Assembly (NCBI GenBank): GCA_965112735.1
Contig: OZ218964.1
Location: 62,001 to 126,000, forward strand
Direction: 5' to 3'
Length of the DNA stretch: 64,000 nt
From: Phaeosaccion multiseriatum
Taxonomy: Eukaryota > Protista > Ochrophyta, other classes
How positions within the stretch are numbered: the stretch's first letter is position 1; every line of letters begins with the position of its first letter. Positions 13,501-26,424 of the stretch are shown piece by piece. The position numbers and the translations under genes are program-made. The notes under the pieces are model-generated. The model made no database searches. It saw only the letters and a list, made by a program, of their open reading frames with translations, and was not told the origin of the DNA.

Positions 13501-14759
13501 GGGCATGGAATGAGGCGGGGGAGGGTAGGGAGGCGGTGTTGATAGGGTTAGGGTTAGGGTTATAACCCTGAGGTGCTAGGCTTGGTGTCACTGTGGATAC
13601 GGGGTTGGGTGCGGCTTTCCCCTGACTGTCATCCGCTGCGCCCCTCTCGATGTGCCCCTTTTGCCTCAGGTGGTGAAGATGGACAGTGAAAAGAAGCGCG
13701 TGCGTGTGCACTTCTACCGCTGGAAGGCCAAGTTCGACGAGTGGCTGCCCTTCGACTCCACGCGCCTCGCCGCCCTGCACTCGCACACCGCCCCCGTCAA
13801 GGAGACACAGACGTGGATCAAGTCCATGCGCAGGCTGCACGTGAGTGGCAGGGCAGAGGACAGAGGGCAGAGGACAGAGGGCAGAGGACAGAGGACAGAG
13901 GACAGAGGACAGAGGGCAGAGGACAGAGGACAGAGGACAGAGGGCAGAGAACAACCAAGACAGAGGGTAGATCAAAGCGGAGAATGGCCCTCCCTCCCTG
14001 TCGGTCTGTCTGTCTGTCTGTCGATGGACTTTAGGCCGGGAGAAGTTTGATGCTGGCTCAAGATGCAAGACGCATACCTCCTCCTGGCGAGGGAAGGGAA
14101 GGCCCATCCTGTCGGTGCTCATTCTTGCGTTGTTTTGCCGCTTCCACCCTATCTCTCTCTCTCTCTCTCAGGGCGAGGACTTGTCGAGCGACGAGGAAGA
14201 GCGGAGCTCCTCTTGCTCGGCTGACCGCTCGGAGGGGCCGGAGGGATTCGCCAACGCCTTCCCGGGGGAGGTGAGTGAAGGGGAGCTGCTGCGCGCATCT
14301 GTTTAGTGACCACGGCAGGGCACCCGGGGGGTCGCTAACAGGCAGGGGTGTTGGCCCATACACCTCGCAGACAGAGTCGCTGTCTGACAGAGTCCGTCCC
14401 AACCCTTTGCTCTCTCTCTTTTGTCTCTCTCTCTATATATATATCCCCCCGGCGGACAGGGGCCTTACAAGTACGCCTTCTACGACGTGTACTCGAGTCA
14501 CAAGCCCAACAGCAACCCGCTCTACACGGAGGAACACACCTCACACATCGGCACGGGCCCGTGGGACGCCCACCGCCCGCCCACCAAGCCCAACCTCATG
14601 GGCACCAGCAGCGCCAATAGCGCCGATAGGATCGAAAAGACTGGCGGTCTGACTGGGGGGGGGGGAGGGAAGCGCGCCGACCACGACCACGATGTCAAGT
14701 GCGGGCCTGAAGAAGAGGACGGCGCCGCCGATGATGGACAACCCCACAGACTTTGTTAA
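3139..14759 (+). CDS. Multi-exon ATXR3/SDG2-like histone-lysine N-methyltransferase (SET + post-SET) with extra chromatin-reader domains
   Basis: Core: VWGLDCY; HPKG..EYLGELYPAWRWMEKQ..PEFYNMLLERPRTDPRGY; SHSCDPNC..GEELTIDYNSVTTSEHEY..CLCGKTQCRGSFL. C-terminal blocks: AADVLLMLAHTRTF, YGESFIREKLLQWY, GCVLLPD, GSPMLDASL. These parallel plant ATXR3/SDG2 motifs as I recall them (GEVYPVWKWFEKQ, PEFYNIYLERPKGD, DYNSVTES, CLCGSQVCRGSYL, GSPMLDA). The start ATG (3139) and last exon (14461-14759) are inferred. Confidence 0.9.
11300..11880 (+). repeat. Coding 15-bp minisatellite (GCTCCTTTGGCKGMT) encoding APLAA/APLAD pentapeptides, decaying into Ala/Pro-rich sequence
   Basis: About 20 tandem 15-nt units are visible, in frame within ORF 10625-12184. 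Confidence 0.95.
13853..13950 (+). repeat. Intronic 7-bp minisatellite (CAGAGGR)n
   Basis: Tandem cagagga/cagaggg units just after the donor at about 13841. Confidence 0.9.
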
Positions 14760-14889
14760 CTCTGGTGTTAACTCTGGCGGGGACCGGGACGGAGACGTGC
14801 CCATGTAGCGACAGCGAAGGAAGAGAGGGGAGGGGCCTCAGGGTGCAAGTGCGCGGGGGGAGCGTTATAATACAGAACAGATCCTTCTT

Positions 14890-17314
14890 CTATGAGGAGC
14901 CTCTCCGCCGGGCTCTGTGGCCCTGTGCGGCAGGGGCGGGCAGGCGGGGATGGAACTGCTGCTGTGACTGCTGTAACTGTTGTGACTGCTGCTGTAACTG
15001 CCGCTGCTGCAGCCTGTGCTCCTTGGGCCGCTGCTGCTGCTGCTTGCCGTTGCTGTGGCTGCGGAGGTTGTCTCTATCTCTGTCTCTGTCTCTGTCTCTG
15101 TCTCTGTCTCTGTCTCTGTCTCTGTCTCTGTCTCTGCCTCTACCTAGGGCGCTGCCGGAGGAGGGGGCCGCCCCTGCACCCCGCTGCTCGGACCCGCCAA
15201 CCGAGTGGGACCTGCGGAGCTGCCACTGTTGGTTGTGCCCCTGTTGGTTGTGCCCCCCGTCGCCAACGCTGCCGGAGACGCCTCTCCTGCCCTTCTTGGC
15301 GCCTGAGTGAGAGCGGCGAGGGAGGGCAGGAAGCACACACGCGAGGAGGGGGGCATGAGGGTATCAGAGGAGGAGCAAGCAAGCTGAGAGGACGACGGGC
15401 GGTGCGCGTACCTGTTCCCCCCGCCAGGTTGAGGAACATTCTCTGGCCTTGCTTAGAGGCGCTGCCGTTCTCCCTAGGGCTGTACGGGCCTATGTGCTCC
15501 TGCTCTTGCTCCTGTTGTTGCTCCTGCTGCTGCTGCAGCTGCTGCTGCCTGCCTGTGAGCCCCACCTCCTCTCTCAACCTGCTCGGGTATAGGCCGGGAC
15601 CCTCTGCGGATTGGGCCGAGCAAAGCCAAGCAGAAGGGACAAGCAAGGAGCAGCGTGAGAGGGTACCAGCAAAGGAGAGGCCATCCTGAGCATGCGAGTC
15701 TCCAACGAAGTGTCCTAGGCATCCACTCGCTATCCACTCGCCGCGGTCGCCGCTGGCAGCCAGGGGGCAGCGTCCTTGACCCTTGCCTTGGGCTGCTTGC
15801 TCTACCTACTCTTACCTGCTTCCCCTCGCTGCTGTATCACCAACTGCTGCTGCTGCTGCTGATCCGCAGCGGCCGCTACCCGGGCGTAGCCCAGCGGCCC
15901 ATAGCCCTTGCCGATCTCTGTGCTGTCCCCCAGGGAGAACATGCTGTCTTCCAGGCTCGGGTGCTGCTCGTGTTGGTGATGCTGGGTCGCCAGTTGGAGG
16001 GCGTGGTCGGGGCACGAGGAAGGGGCCGGTGCCGTACTGCCTCCGATGAGCTTGGAGGCCCTGCCAGTGCCCAGTGCCAGTGGGGAGGAAGGAGGATGGA
16101 GGACGGAGGGCCAAGAACACAGGCAGGCAGACAGGCAGACAGGCAGACCGGCAGATGGACAGATAGACGGACAGGCGGGCAGGCAGACAGGTAGACAGGT
16201 GGACAGGGAGACAGGCAGACAGGCAGGCAGGCGGACAGGCGGACAGGCGGACAGACAAAGTGAGAGATAGCGCGCTGCTGCCTCGCTGACTTCGACCCCG
16301 CCGGAGCTCTGAGTCTCGTAGCAGCTAGCTGACCCCCTCTCTTTGGCGCCCCTCACCTCTTGCGCAGAGCGTCGCCGATCGTCTGCCGCATGCGCTCGCC
16401 CTCGGCAAGGGCATGAGGATGAGGATGAGGGGTCTCGTGAGGAGGATGTTTAGAGTGGAGGGCGTCCTCTGACTCGGAGCCGAAGTCCCACTCGTCCAGC
16501 GACCCGGGGGCTCTGTGGGCAGGACGACAGGAGACGACGGGTAGTCCCCGCGGGAGGGGAGGCAGCAAGTGGAACGAGGAGGTGGCAATTATGGGGGGGG
16601 CTGGCAAGGGCACGTAGGGGCTTGTGGATAGCCGCAGATACAAGTGGCGACGATGCCTGTACTGCACCATTGTAGGTACCTGGCCAGGAGGCCGCTGTCG
16701 CTGCTCCGCCTGGCCACGGCTCCGAGAGAGAGCGCCGCCATCATGCCGTCAGAGCTGTCGATAAGACAACAGAGAGGAGGGCAGAGAGCAGAGAGGACAA
16801 AGGACAAACCACAGACCACAGAGAAGGGGAGGTGGACAGTCAGCAGGAGTGAGGAGATGAGACTGGGGACAGAGGATAGCTAGAGGACAGAGAAGAGAGG
16901 ACAAGAGACGGGAGAGGCAGGCAGAAGCCTCGCCTCCCGCCTTACCCCCTCCTCCCTTTCCTCCCTCCTGTCCCTCCCCTCCCCTCCCCTCCCCTCCCAG
17001 CCCCCCCCCGCCATGGCTCACCTCCCGTCCTTCCTGTCCCCCGCGAGGCCCTCATCCGTGTCTCGGAGGGCCTCCGTCGCCGCCTTCACCGCTGCTTGTG
17101 CCGCCATGTTGGAATGCCCTCCATTGCCTCCATTACGGCGCTGGTGAGGAGGGCAGGGGGGCTGGAACCCCGCCGCAGCGCCCCCCTCGGGGAGGGTGCC
17201 CCCCTGCGTTGTCCTGGTGCCGCTGGCAACACTCAGCTTCGTCAAAATTTGGACTCGCGCTTCTTCGAGCTCCGTGTCACCGTCGGACCCGTCTTTGTGG
17301 CGCACATCGCCGTG

Positions 17315-17353
<39 letters not shown>

Positions 17354-20300
17354 CCATGCCTTCGCCTCCGCCTCCACCTCCGCCTCTCCGCCCATCACCT
17401 TTGCGCTCGCAATGGCCTCATCAACGCCCCTGCTGCTGCCTGGATGACTGCCTGTAAGACTAGTATCGGCACCACCGCTGCCGCTGCTGCTGCTGCTGGT
17501 GGTGGTGGTGGTGGTGGTGGCAGTTGCGGCAGCGGCCGTGGGGAGAGGTCTCCTCTCTTCAGGAGCACGTGGTGCCTGCTCCGCCTCCGCCTCTGCGCCC
17601 CCTCCCATCAGGCGAGACAGCGTCTCGCTCAGCACCTGCGCACACACGCATAACACGTGTCAGGACACAGCCACACAGCACAGGTGTCAGGACATAGCCA
17701 CGCACGCACGCACGCACGCACCTGGTTCCTCTTGTTGGCCCTCTCGAGCTCTCCTCCCCTCTGTTGCAGCAGCAACGACAGACTCTCTTCCTGCTGGCGC
17801 AGACGGAGCTCGGCAGTCGCCTAAAGCGCACATTATGCACACGAGACGAGGGAAGCCCAAGCAAGGCCAGAGAAGCCCAAGCAAGGCCAGACATTGAGCA
17901 AGGCGAGACATTGCGTCTGATGAGACAAACGCTCGCTCCACCGCGGCCTCCACCCCCAACTGCCCATTGCCCCCTGCCCACCCACGCACGCACGCGCCCA
18001 CGCACGCCCCCACGCACGCCCTAACGTTCTACTGACCTGTTCCTGCATGGCCTTGTCGAGCTTCTCCAGGGCTCTGAGCAGCTCCGCCTCCTTGCTCGTG
18101 AGCTCTCCCTCCAGCCCGCTCCTCGCCTTCTCGCTCTCCTTCAGCCTGCGAGTGGCGTCCCTGAGGTTCCCCTCTGCGCTGTCCTTGGCTGCCCCTGCTG
18201 CCGCGAGTTTGCGGCGGAGGGAGGAAGTCTCTGCATCGGCCGCGGCGCTGCTGCGCGCACTCCCGAACCTGCGTGTGCATGTGCGTGTGCGTGTTTGTGT
18301 CGGGGGGCAGAGGCATAGGAGCAGAGCAGGGCAGAGCAGAGCAGAGCAGAGTAGAGCAGGGAAGGACAGTGCAGAGCAGGGCAGGACAGTCGGTTGAGAG
18401 ACGGCAGGTAGTCGTGCCTCCTTCCCTCCCTCCCCTCCTCCTTCCCGCCTCCTCCCCCCCTCCTCTCCCCCCCTCCTTCCCGCCTGACAGTCCGAGCGTA
18501 CCTTCCCGAGGCTGAGCCTGCTGCTGCTCCTGCCGCGTCCACCCCTGGGGCGAAGCCTGCCCCCTCCCCATATGCCTCCACCTTGTTCTTCAGCAGGGCG
18601 GCCTCTCCCTCAAGGCTGCGGTTGCGCTCCTCGGCTGAACCCCCCCCCCCCCGGGGTAGAGGGATAGAGAAGACGGCGAGCGGCGCAGACAGTGAGCAAT
18701 CAAATTCGTACGTGAGTGCGTGCGTGAGGGTGGGAGAGAGTCGTGAGGTGGCGAGGAGGTGGCAAGCAAGTCTGCAAGCCAAGGTGGATGGCCCCCCTCG
18801 CCCCCCCCCCATCCACTGCCATCCCGAGCCAGAAGCATGTCTCCGACTGCCTGCTCTGCTTACCCTCTCGGAGCTCCGTCTGCAGGGCCTGCAGCGCCTG
18901 TGCGAGGGCCTGTGTCTTGTGCTGCTGCCCAAGTGCCTCCTTGCGCCTCTGCGCCGCGTCCACCTCCGCCTGCCGCAGAGAAGCCTCTTGCGCGACCTTC
19001 AGCAAAGCAAAGCAAAAAAGGGAGAGAAGTGGGGGGCGTAGAGTCAGGCCAGAGAGCAAGGAGAGCAAGAAATTGCGTCAGTGACGCCCTTTCCTCTCTC
19101 CGTTGACGACCACAGACCTCGAGTGTCCTCCGGTGGCTTTGCTGGTCCGCTGCCCTCTGCTCCTTGACCTCCTCGAGTCTCCTTTGCCAGTCCGTCGCCA
19201 GCTGTTGGCGGAAGTCTGCCATTTCTTGCCGCTGCCCATCCTCCATCTCCTGAGGAGTCAGGCAGTAAGTAGTTGCCCCAAACGAGGCACACAGGTCCAC
19301 ACATCCGTATGCAACGGTCAGTCAGTCAGTCAGTCAGTCAGTCAGTCAGTCAGTCAGTCAGTCAGTCAGTCATTCAGTCAGTCAGTCAGTCAGTCAGTCA
19401 GTCAGTCAGTCAGTCAGTCAGTCAGTCAGTCAGTCAGTCAGTCAGTCAGTCAGTCAGTCAGTCAGTCAGTCAGTCAGTCAGGGGGCGATATATGTGCGTA
19501 AGGGAGCACTGAACGAAATACACCCCACACACAGAGCAATGCACGATGCACACACACCCTTCCTCCACGCCGTCCCCCCCCCCATTGAATACCATCGCCA
19601 TTAAATGCCATCCCCCTTGCGGCCGCCCACCTTGAGCACCCTCCGTGTGTCGTCGTTAAGATCCCTCTCCCTCTGCTCCGCCTCCGCCTGGGCCCTCACA
19701 GCGGCGTCGAGCTGTCCCCCCTGGGCCTCAAGCTTGGCGCGAGACTCTTCCAGGGCCTCCTCTAGCGTCTGTACCTTGCTCCTTTGCTGCAGCACAGAGG
19801 CGGAGGCCGCAGCAAGCTCGGACTGGGCACAGGCAGGGGGGGGGGGGGGTAAGGGCAGTCGCCAGTCACTCGCCACGCCCACCGCTCCTCTCCCCTCCCC
19901 TCTCCCTCTCCCTCCTCTCTCCCCTCCGCTGTCTCCCCTCTCCCCCTTCACCTCCCCCTTCTCCGCCTCTCCCCTCTCCCCCTTCTCCCGCCTCTCCCCT
20001 CTCCCCCTTGCCGCGCCTCTGCCCTCCCGCCCCCTCACCTGGGCGCTCTCCAGCTCCGTCTCTTGCTCGGCGTGCGTGCCCTCCAGTGTGGCAAGCCTGG
20101 CCTTTGCGTCCGCCGCCTCCGCCCCGAGCTTGGCGTTGAGCTTACTCAGCTCCACGATGCGCAAGGCTCCATCCTTGTCCCTCGCCTTGTTGCTCCTATC
20201 CTGCGCTTCCAGAGTCCTCCTGAGCTCCTCCCCCTCCCCCCTGAGCTGCTGTACCCTCTCGTCGGCGGCCTCGAGTGAGCTCTGCGCCTCGTTGAGCTTC

Positions 20301-23038
20301 TCCTTTGCTTCCTCCCTCTCGGTCCTGACCTTGGCAATCGCGGCCTGCCCGTCCCTGGCCTGCTGTTCGGCCGCTGCCCTTCCCTGCACCTCCTGCTCAA
20401 CCTTCTTCTGCAGCTTCTCGTGCTCCTCCCCCCTCCTCTGCGCGTCGAACACGAGGTCTCTCTTCTCTGCGTCGAGCCTCTCCGCCCTCTGCCGGGCCCG
20501 CTTGCCTGTCTCCTCCTGGGCCGCAAGACTCTGTCTTGTGAGGGTGAGGCTGCTCTCTAAGAGCTGCAACTTGTCTCCCTTTGTCTTCGCCTCCTCCTTC
20601 ACCTTCCCGAGCTCCTCCCTCAGAGTGCCAAGCGCCTGCAAGTCTGCGCTGCCCTTCGCCCTCGCCTCCTTCTCGGCCTCCTCTAGCGCCTCGCATCGCG
20701 CCTGCTGCTCCTTCAGGCCCGCCTGCATTTGCACAAGGAGGGTGTTGAGCTCTGCGTTGGTCTCCTCCGCCCTCCGCTGTCCCTCCCTGGCCTTGTCTCT
20801 CTCCATCCCCACGCAGGCCCCCTCCTCCTTGAGCCTCTGCAGCTCCTCTGCTGATGCCTTTCTGAGCTGCTCCAGCTCTGAAGACACCTCCTCTGCAGAC
20901 TCTCCTAGCTTGCGCAGCTCGAGTTTGGCCTCCGCGGACCTGCAGGCAGTGGGGGGGGGGGGGGGGGGCAGTTGATGAACGGAGGGGGAGGGGGAGAGGG
21001 AGGGAAGTGTGCGGTTGGCAGGCCCGCTGGAGGCCTAATGGACACCCACCCACTCGCCCGACTGCCCCTCTTCGGACCAAAAGAATCTGTCCCGCTCCTA
21101 ACCCAACCAACGTGCTGCTCCCCAATAGCCCATCCCCGCCCCATCCCTGCCCCCCCCCGCTCCGCTGCATTACCTGCTGTCGGCCTTGTTCCTCGCGGCA
21201 ATAGCCTGCTTCTCTCTAGCCTCGGCCTTGGCAAGGTCTCTAAGCAGCTTGTCCCTGTGTGCCTGCCCCTGCTCGAGCTCCCTCTGCACGGCCCCGAGCT
21301 CCCCGTGTAGCCCCGCCATGGCGTCGTGCAGCAGAGAAGCCTCTGCCAAAGCGCTCTCCGCTCTTGCCGCCTCACTCTCTGCCCGCCTCTGTTCGGCACT
21401 CTGCTCCTTGCTCGCTGCCTTGAGCTTGCTTTGCAGCTGCGCCACCTCCTCCTGCTGCCTGTGGGCCTCCCCCGCGCTCCCCCTGCGGGCGTTCTCGAGC
21501 TCCTCCCTTCGCTGCTGGACCTCCGCCCTCAGCTGTCGTGCCTCCCCCTCCGCCGCCTCCTGCGCCGCCCTCGCTCTTTGCTCTCGCTCTCGCCCGCCAG
21601 TCCGCTCTGTGGCGAGCAGCTGCAAGCTATGCTCGAGTTCCTCCCGCAGCCTCGCGGAGTCTTGCAGGCGCTCCAGCACCCCGTCCAGCGAGGGGCTGCC
21701 GCTCAGAGAGGACTCCAGAGACGTGACAAAGCTGTGGCACAGCAAGAGGGCGCAGACACAGGACAACATGTGTCGCGAGAGAGGGGGGGTCGTGAGAAGG
21801 CCGTAGAGTATCCAATACCACAAGTACCTGACAAGGCCGTAGAAGGCTCAATACCCCCAGTACCTGCCGCTGCATCAAGAGTACAAAAGTCCCCTCCTTC
21901 CCACGCAACGCGCAAGGCAGTCACTTGCTTGTACGACTCACCCTTTCAGCAGCGCCGCTATATCCTTGCGTCCCTGTATGACCTCGGTAACGGCCTTGAT
22001 GCTGTCCCTGTCCATCAGGCTGTCCACGTCCGCCGCCTCCTCAGCCTTCCCGAGGGGGATGAGGCTCACGCTCCGCCCCCCCTCCCCCTGTGCCTGCTCC
22101 TCCTCGTGCGTTGTCGTCGTCGGAGCTTCCTGGTTGCCCCCCCCCACCGCTCCCTGGGCCTTGTCTTGCACATCACTCGTAGTGTCGGAGGCCTTGGCGC
22201 ATCCATGCTTGTCCCGACCCCCTGCCTTCAGCGAGGCAGCGAGGGCGGCAGCAGCAGCAGTAGCAGCCGCAGCAGAGGATTTCTCGCTGCTGCCACCGGG
22301 TGCTGCAGAGGCCTTGGGCCGCACGGCATGGGGAGGGGGGATGCCTGGGGGAGGAGCCTTCCGACCAGCAGAGGCAGGGCCAGGGCCAGGCCCGCGGGGG
22401 AAGGGGGGGGATGGGGTAGTCTCGCTAGGAACGGTGGGCCGGTGGGCTTGACACTCCAGGCTAAGGGCATCGTCATCTAGCTCGAGCGCCTGCTCGATTC
22501 CTCCCTGCGAAACAGCAGGTAGGGCATTGGAATGGAGGAGAAAGGAGTTGGGAATAGATGTTATAGGCTCAACACTTGGAGGAGCAAGAGACCTAAGTTG
22601 CCTCTGCTATTTATAAAACTTTGAGGAGCAAGCAGAAAAGGCGAAAATGGATACTATAAATTGGGGTCCGAGTCCACGCTCAGCAAGCAGTTCCCACACG
22701 TTCGTCGTGCCCCCCTCTGCGCCTACCTGCGTGAGACCGAGACTCGCTAGCTCCTTCTGCAGCTGGCTTTCCCTCTCCCGTGCCTTTGCGTTGTCTCTGG
22801 CCTTGAGGTCTTTGCGTTGCATCTCGGCCACAGCAGCAGCGTTTCCCGCCATTCTGCCCTCGGCTGGAGGCAATGACGCTACCACTGATGCCTTGGCACT
22901 TCCGCTCTTCGCATCGCTGCGCGGTCTCCGCTTGCTCTCCCGCTGAGGAGTAAAAGGAGAAGAGGAGGGAGGAGCAGTCGCCAGCGGATACGCTGAAGAA
23001 TTGCGCTCTGGCAAGGCCGGTCTCATCGTCCGAGCCAT
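14890..23038 (-). CDS. Large multi-exon coiled-coil protein of unknown function
   Basis: Long E/K/Q/R/A/L heptad-rich exons (e.g. ORF 19601-20887 and 21170-21730) flanked by GT-AG sites, with a low-complexity RD/Q-rich C-terminus. ATG at 23038 (MARTMRPAL) and stop TAG at 14890 are inferred. Exact exon structure is uncertain. Confidence 0.7.
19317..19480. repeat. (CAGT)n tetranucleotide microsatellite, intronic; reads (CTGA)n on the gene's sense strand
   Basis: About 40 near-perfect copies. Confidence 0.98.
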
Positions 23039-23420
23039 TCTCCAAGAGGGAAGCAGTATCAGTAAGCCATATAGATGTGTGGGGACGCGAAGAAGAAGGC
23101 TCGTCCACCCACAGAGCGCGAGAGAGGATGGGTGTGGTATCAACAAAATCGGGTGTGTGGCGCCCTCAACCGTTGCAGTTTCAGTTTCGGGACAGCTCAG
23201 GATTCACTGACATAATATCTTCCGCGTCTCTCTCACAAATCTCAAAAAAGAGAGAAGGGACAAAAGGACAGAAATGCAAGGAGGATAGCGCATATCGCTC
23301 ACCGAAGTGAACCAGGGACCTAGGACCAGGTCACTGTGTCTGGTATCATCTGTAGCGGCTGCTGGGGCCTGCGAACTGGCTTGCCGTGTGCAATTGCCGT
23401 TTGGTTTCCACACAGCACCA
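23039..23420. promoter_or_regulatory. Putative bidirectional promoter (coiled-coil gene / anoctamin gene)
   Basis: About 380 bp, relatively AT-rich gap between inferred divergent start codons at 23038 (-) and 23421 (+). Confidence 0.5.
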
Positions 23421-26389
23421 ATGGAGGAGGAGGAGGAGCAGCAGCAGCAGCAGCTACCGGGAAAGAGGACCGTCCTCGGAAGTATCTCCTCACAGAACAG
23501 CACCATTGGTGACCGGAAGTCCTGCATCGAAGACGAAGGTATTGTCCTCTCCGTCACCCTCCGGCGCCTGCTTCACTCCAAGTTATGCTCTCGCCCCACC
23601 CAACTCTTTCGCCTCCTGGCACACCTATTTTCAGCTTCATTTTGTGTGCCATTCCTGGCCTGCTCTCACCCCCCCCCCTCCTCTCAAAACGCAGTCCCTT
23701 TCCCTTCACTCTCTCTGCCCTCTCCACGTATGTACTTTGGCCGCCATGCCCTCGTGTGTCTTTCATCGGAATCGCCGCATCCGTCCAGCCGCGCGCAGGT
23801 AAAGAGAGACCTTTATGATGTTGTTACGGCTTGCCGCTCTCGCTTCCCAACCCCCTACCACTCACAGGCTTTCGTCTAGGTGCTGTGCGCCCCGCCCCAA
23901 GTGGCCTGTGAACGATGCTCTCACCTCTTTCCCCACTGACACGCCACTAACACAGCCTGCTGCGCCCTCCCCTCCCCCGCTGTACAGCTTGAGGCACGAC
24001 ATGGTGTCGGGTCCCTCGCGCAAAGGGCCACGAGGAGGGGCTTCCCCACAGTGTGGTGAGCTGGAGGGTAGGGGGAAGAGGCAGGGGGCGAGGGATGCGC
24101 TGCAGTGCGCACAAGGCACAAGGCCACCAACCTGCTGGTCTCGTCCGCTTTCTACATCTTAGGCCTAAATCTTACCCTAACCCTTACCCTTACCCCCTTG
24201 CTCCCTCGCTTGTGCCGCGTAGCCAAATCTTCCCGGAGAGGGGTGGCCGACATGGAAAACCGTCAGGGCGGAGGGGGCGCCCCTTCCCCGAGCGGCTCCT
24301 CGGGCCCGTCCTGGCCGCTTCCCGCTGGAGGCTCCCTCCACTCCCTGCATAGCGGGGGGGACGACGACGGAGAAGAGGAGGCGAACGAGCAGGGGAGGGG
24401 CAGGACCACAAGTAGGCTCAGCCTGGGCATGGGCATGCGGCCGTCCTTTGGCAGCGTCAAGAGAAGTGAGTCGCGCCCTTGTCGTCACTCTGTTCCTGTC
24501 CATCACCCATCCCTGCTGCTCACACTTGGTACACAATGCTGCTCCTGCATCACGAACTGCCCAACCGCTGCCGCTCGTCCCCTTTAGTGGCTGCGCGTTG
24601 GCCGGTGTCCCCTGCCCGCAGAGGCGTGGAGGCGGTGGACGGGCCCGTGAGGAACTCCTCTCGCTCGAGTATCTGCTCTCCCTCGGGGAGCGCCCGCCTC
24701 AGCGTGGGGCCGAGAAGTGCGCCTTTCGCGTCATCAGGAGGGCAAGGAGGGGTGGGAGCGATCGGCTCCGCGACAGCAGAGTTCGACGCAGCCATCCGCG
24801 CTTCCGCTGCTGCCTCCCCTCCTTCCCCCCCTCCCCGTGCCACAGATTCAGCAGGAGGGGGGCTTCGCCAGGGAGGAAGCAGCGACAGCCTGGAGGGATT
24901 GAGCTTGACTGCCTCGTCGTCTGAGGCGGATGAAGAGGCCGACCTCGCCGATGAAGAGGACGGCTCTGGGCCCGTTGACACCGTGCCTCTCCGGAGAGAG
25001 GCCTTCGCGAACAGCCGCAGCAAGGGGGCGGAGGGCGAGCTTGGAGGGGGAGGGGGAGAGGGCGGAGAGGGCGGCGCGCTGGTCCTGAGCGACTTGTTCT
25101 CTGCGAGTGGGGTCAACAGTAACAGTGGGGGCAACGAGGGGGCGGAGAGGCCCAGCACGGAGAGCGGGGGGAGCTCGAGTCTGGCGAGCACCGCGCACAC
25201 AGACGCAGAGGGGGCGGTGGAGGTGGAGGCTGAGACGGGAGAAGGACTGCCAAGGGGGGCTGACCCTCACCCTCACCCTCCTCTGCCGCTGCGGAACCCT
25301 CACCCCCCTCTTCCGCCCCCTCCTGTCCCTCAGCGGCAGAGGAGGGCAGCATCCACCGCAGCGCGCTTCCCTCCGAGCCCTCTTGCCCCCCCCAGCCCTC
25401 TCGGCCCGCTCAAACCTCGCACCCCTCGCAGCCCCGGGACAGGCAAGCGGCAGACGTACGGAGGGGGCGACGGAGGCGGCACGACGGACATCGACAGAGA
25501 CATCTTGGCCGACCTCAACCTCTACCGCCTCAACAAACAGGCCAGGGAGGCCCGGGAGGGGGCGGAGGAGGGCTTCGAGTTCGCCCTCGTGCTCAAGAAG
25601 GACAGCGAGTACAGAGAGGCGGTGGACCAACTGCTCAAGGCCATCGAGGTGCGCTGTGCTTAGCGGCAGAGAGGCAGAGAGAGAGTCTGTAGTGTAGTGT
25701 ATTAGCATAGTGTAGTGTAGTGTGCTCTAGTTCCAGTGCTTCTGATGCTGCTGCTGCTCTCTCTCTCTCTCCCTCTCTGTTTGCTTTAGGTGCGCGAGTA
25801 CGGGGCGGAGGTGGTGCAGGGGCTTGAGCAGGGGCAGCGGGAAGACATTCTCAAGCTCAGGGACAGCTTCGGGGGGGGGGACGCGCCAGGCAGGCCTCTC
25901 GCCCTGCCGCACGTGCCTAACATGTTCGACAGCGGCTGTCCCGGGGGAGCCGGGCCGGGGGCGGCCGTGGGAGGAGGCAGGGGAAGAGGTAGGCGCAGCA
26001 GCAGCACCGGCAGCAGCAGAAGCGGAAAGGCACGGATCCCTCGCTCCCCGGGGGGGCGGCCCGTGCTGCAGAGGCGCATGAGCATCATTGAGGACTTGGC
26101 GGAGGGGCAAAACACGCGCATCTCCGATAGGCGCAGGCTAGAGCTACAGCACCGCAACGCACAGCGCTTCGAGCGCTTCAAAGAGCGGCTCAAGGAGGGC
26201 GTCAAGGTGCTGCTACACAGGGCACACCACACCAGCAAGGAGTGCTTCTTGCAGAGCAGGAACGACTGCAGAGAGAGCGTGCAGTGGGCCCCGCTGGACG
26301 CGAGGGACGCCAGGAAGGGCGTTAACATCATGAAGGGCTTCCTCAACATCTTCAAAAAGGTGGGTGCCTTAGAGAGACGTAACTCTCCT

Positions 26390-26424
<35 letters not shown>

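Noticed and set aside
14753-15689. Cys-rich plus-strand ORFs
   Set aside because: Antisense of poly-Q and RD repeats in the coiled-coil gene's final exons.
19605-22480. Long plus-strand Ser/Leu/Ala-rich ORFs (456 aa and 384 aa)
   Set aside because: Antisense shadows of the minus-strand coiled-coil exons in GC-rich DNA.
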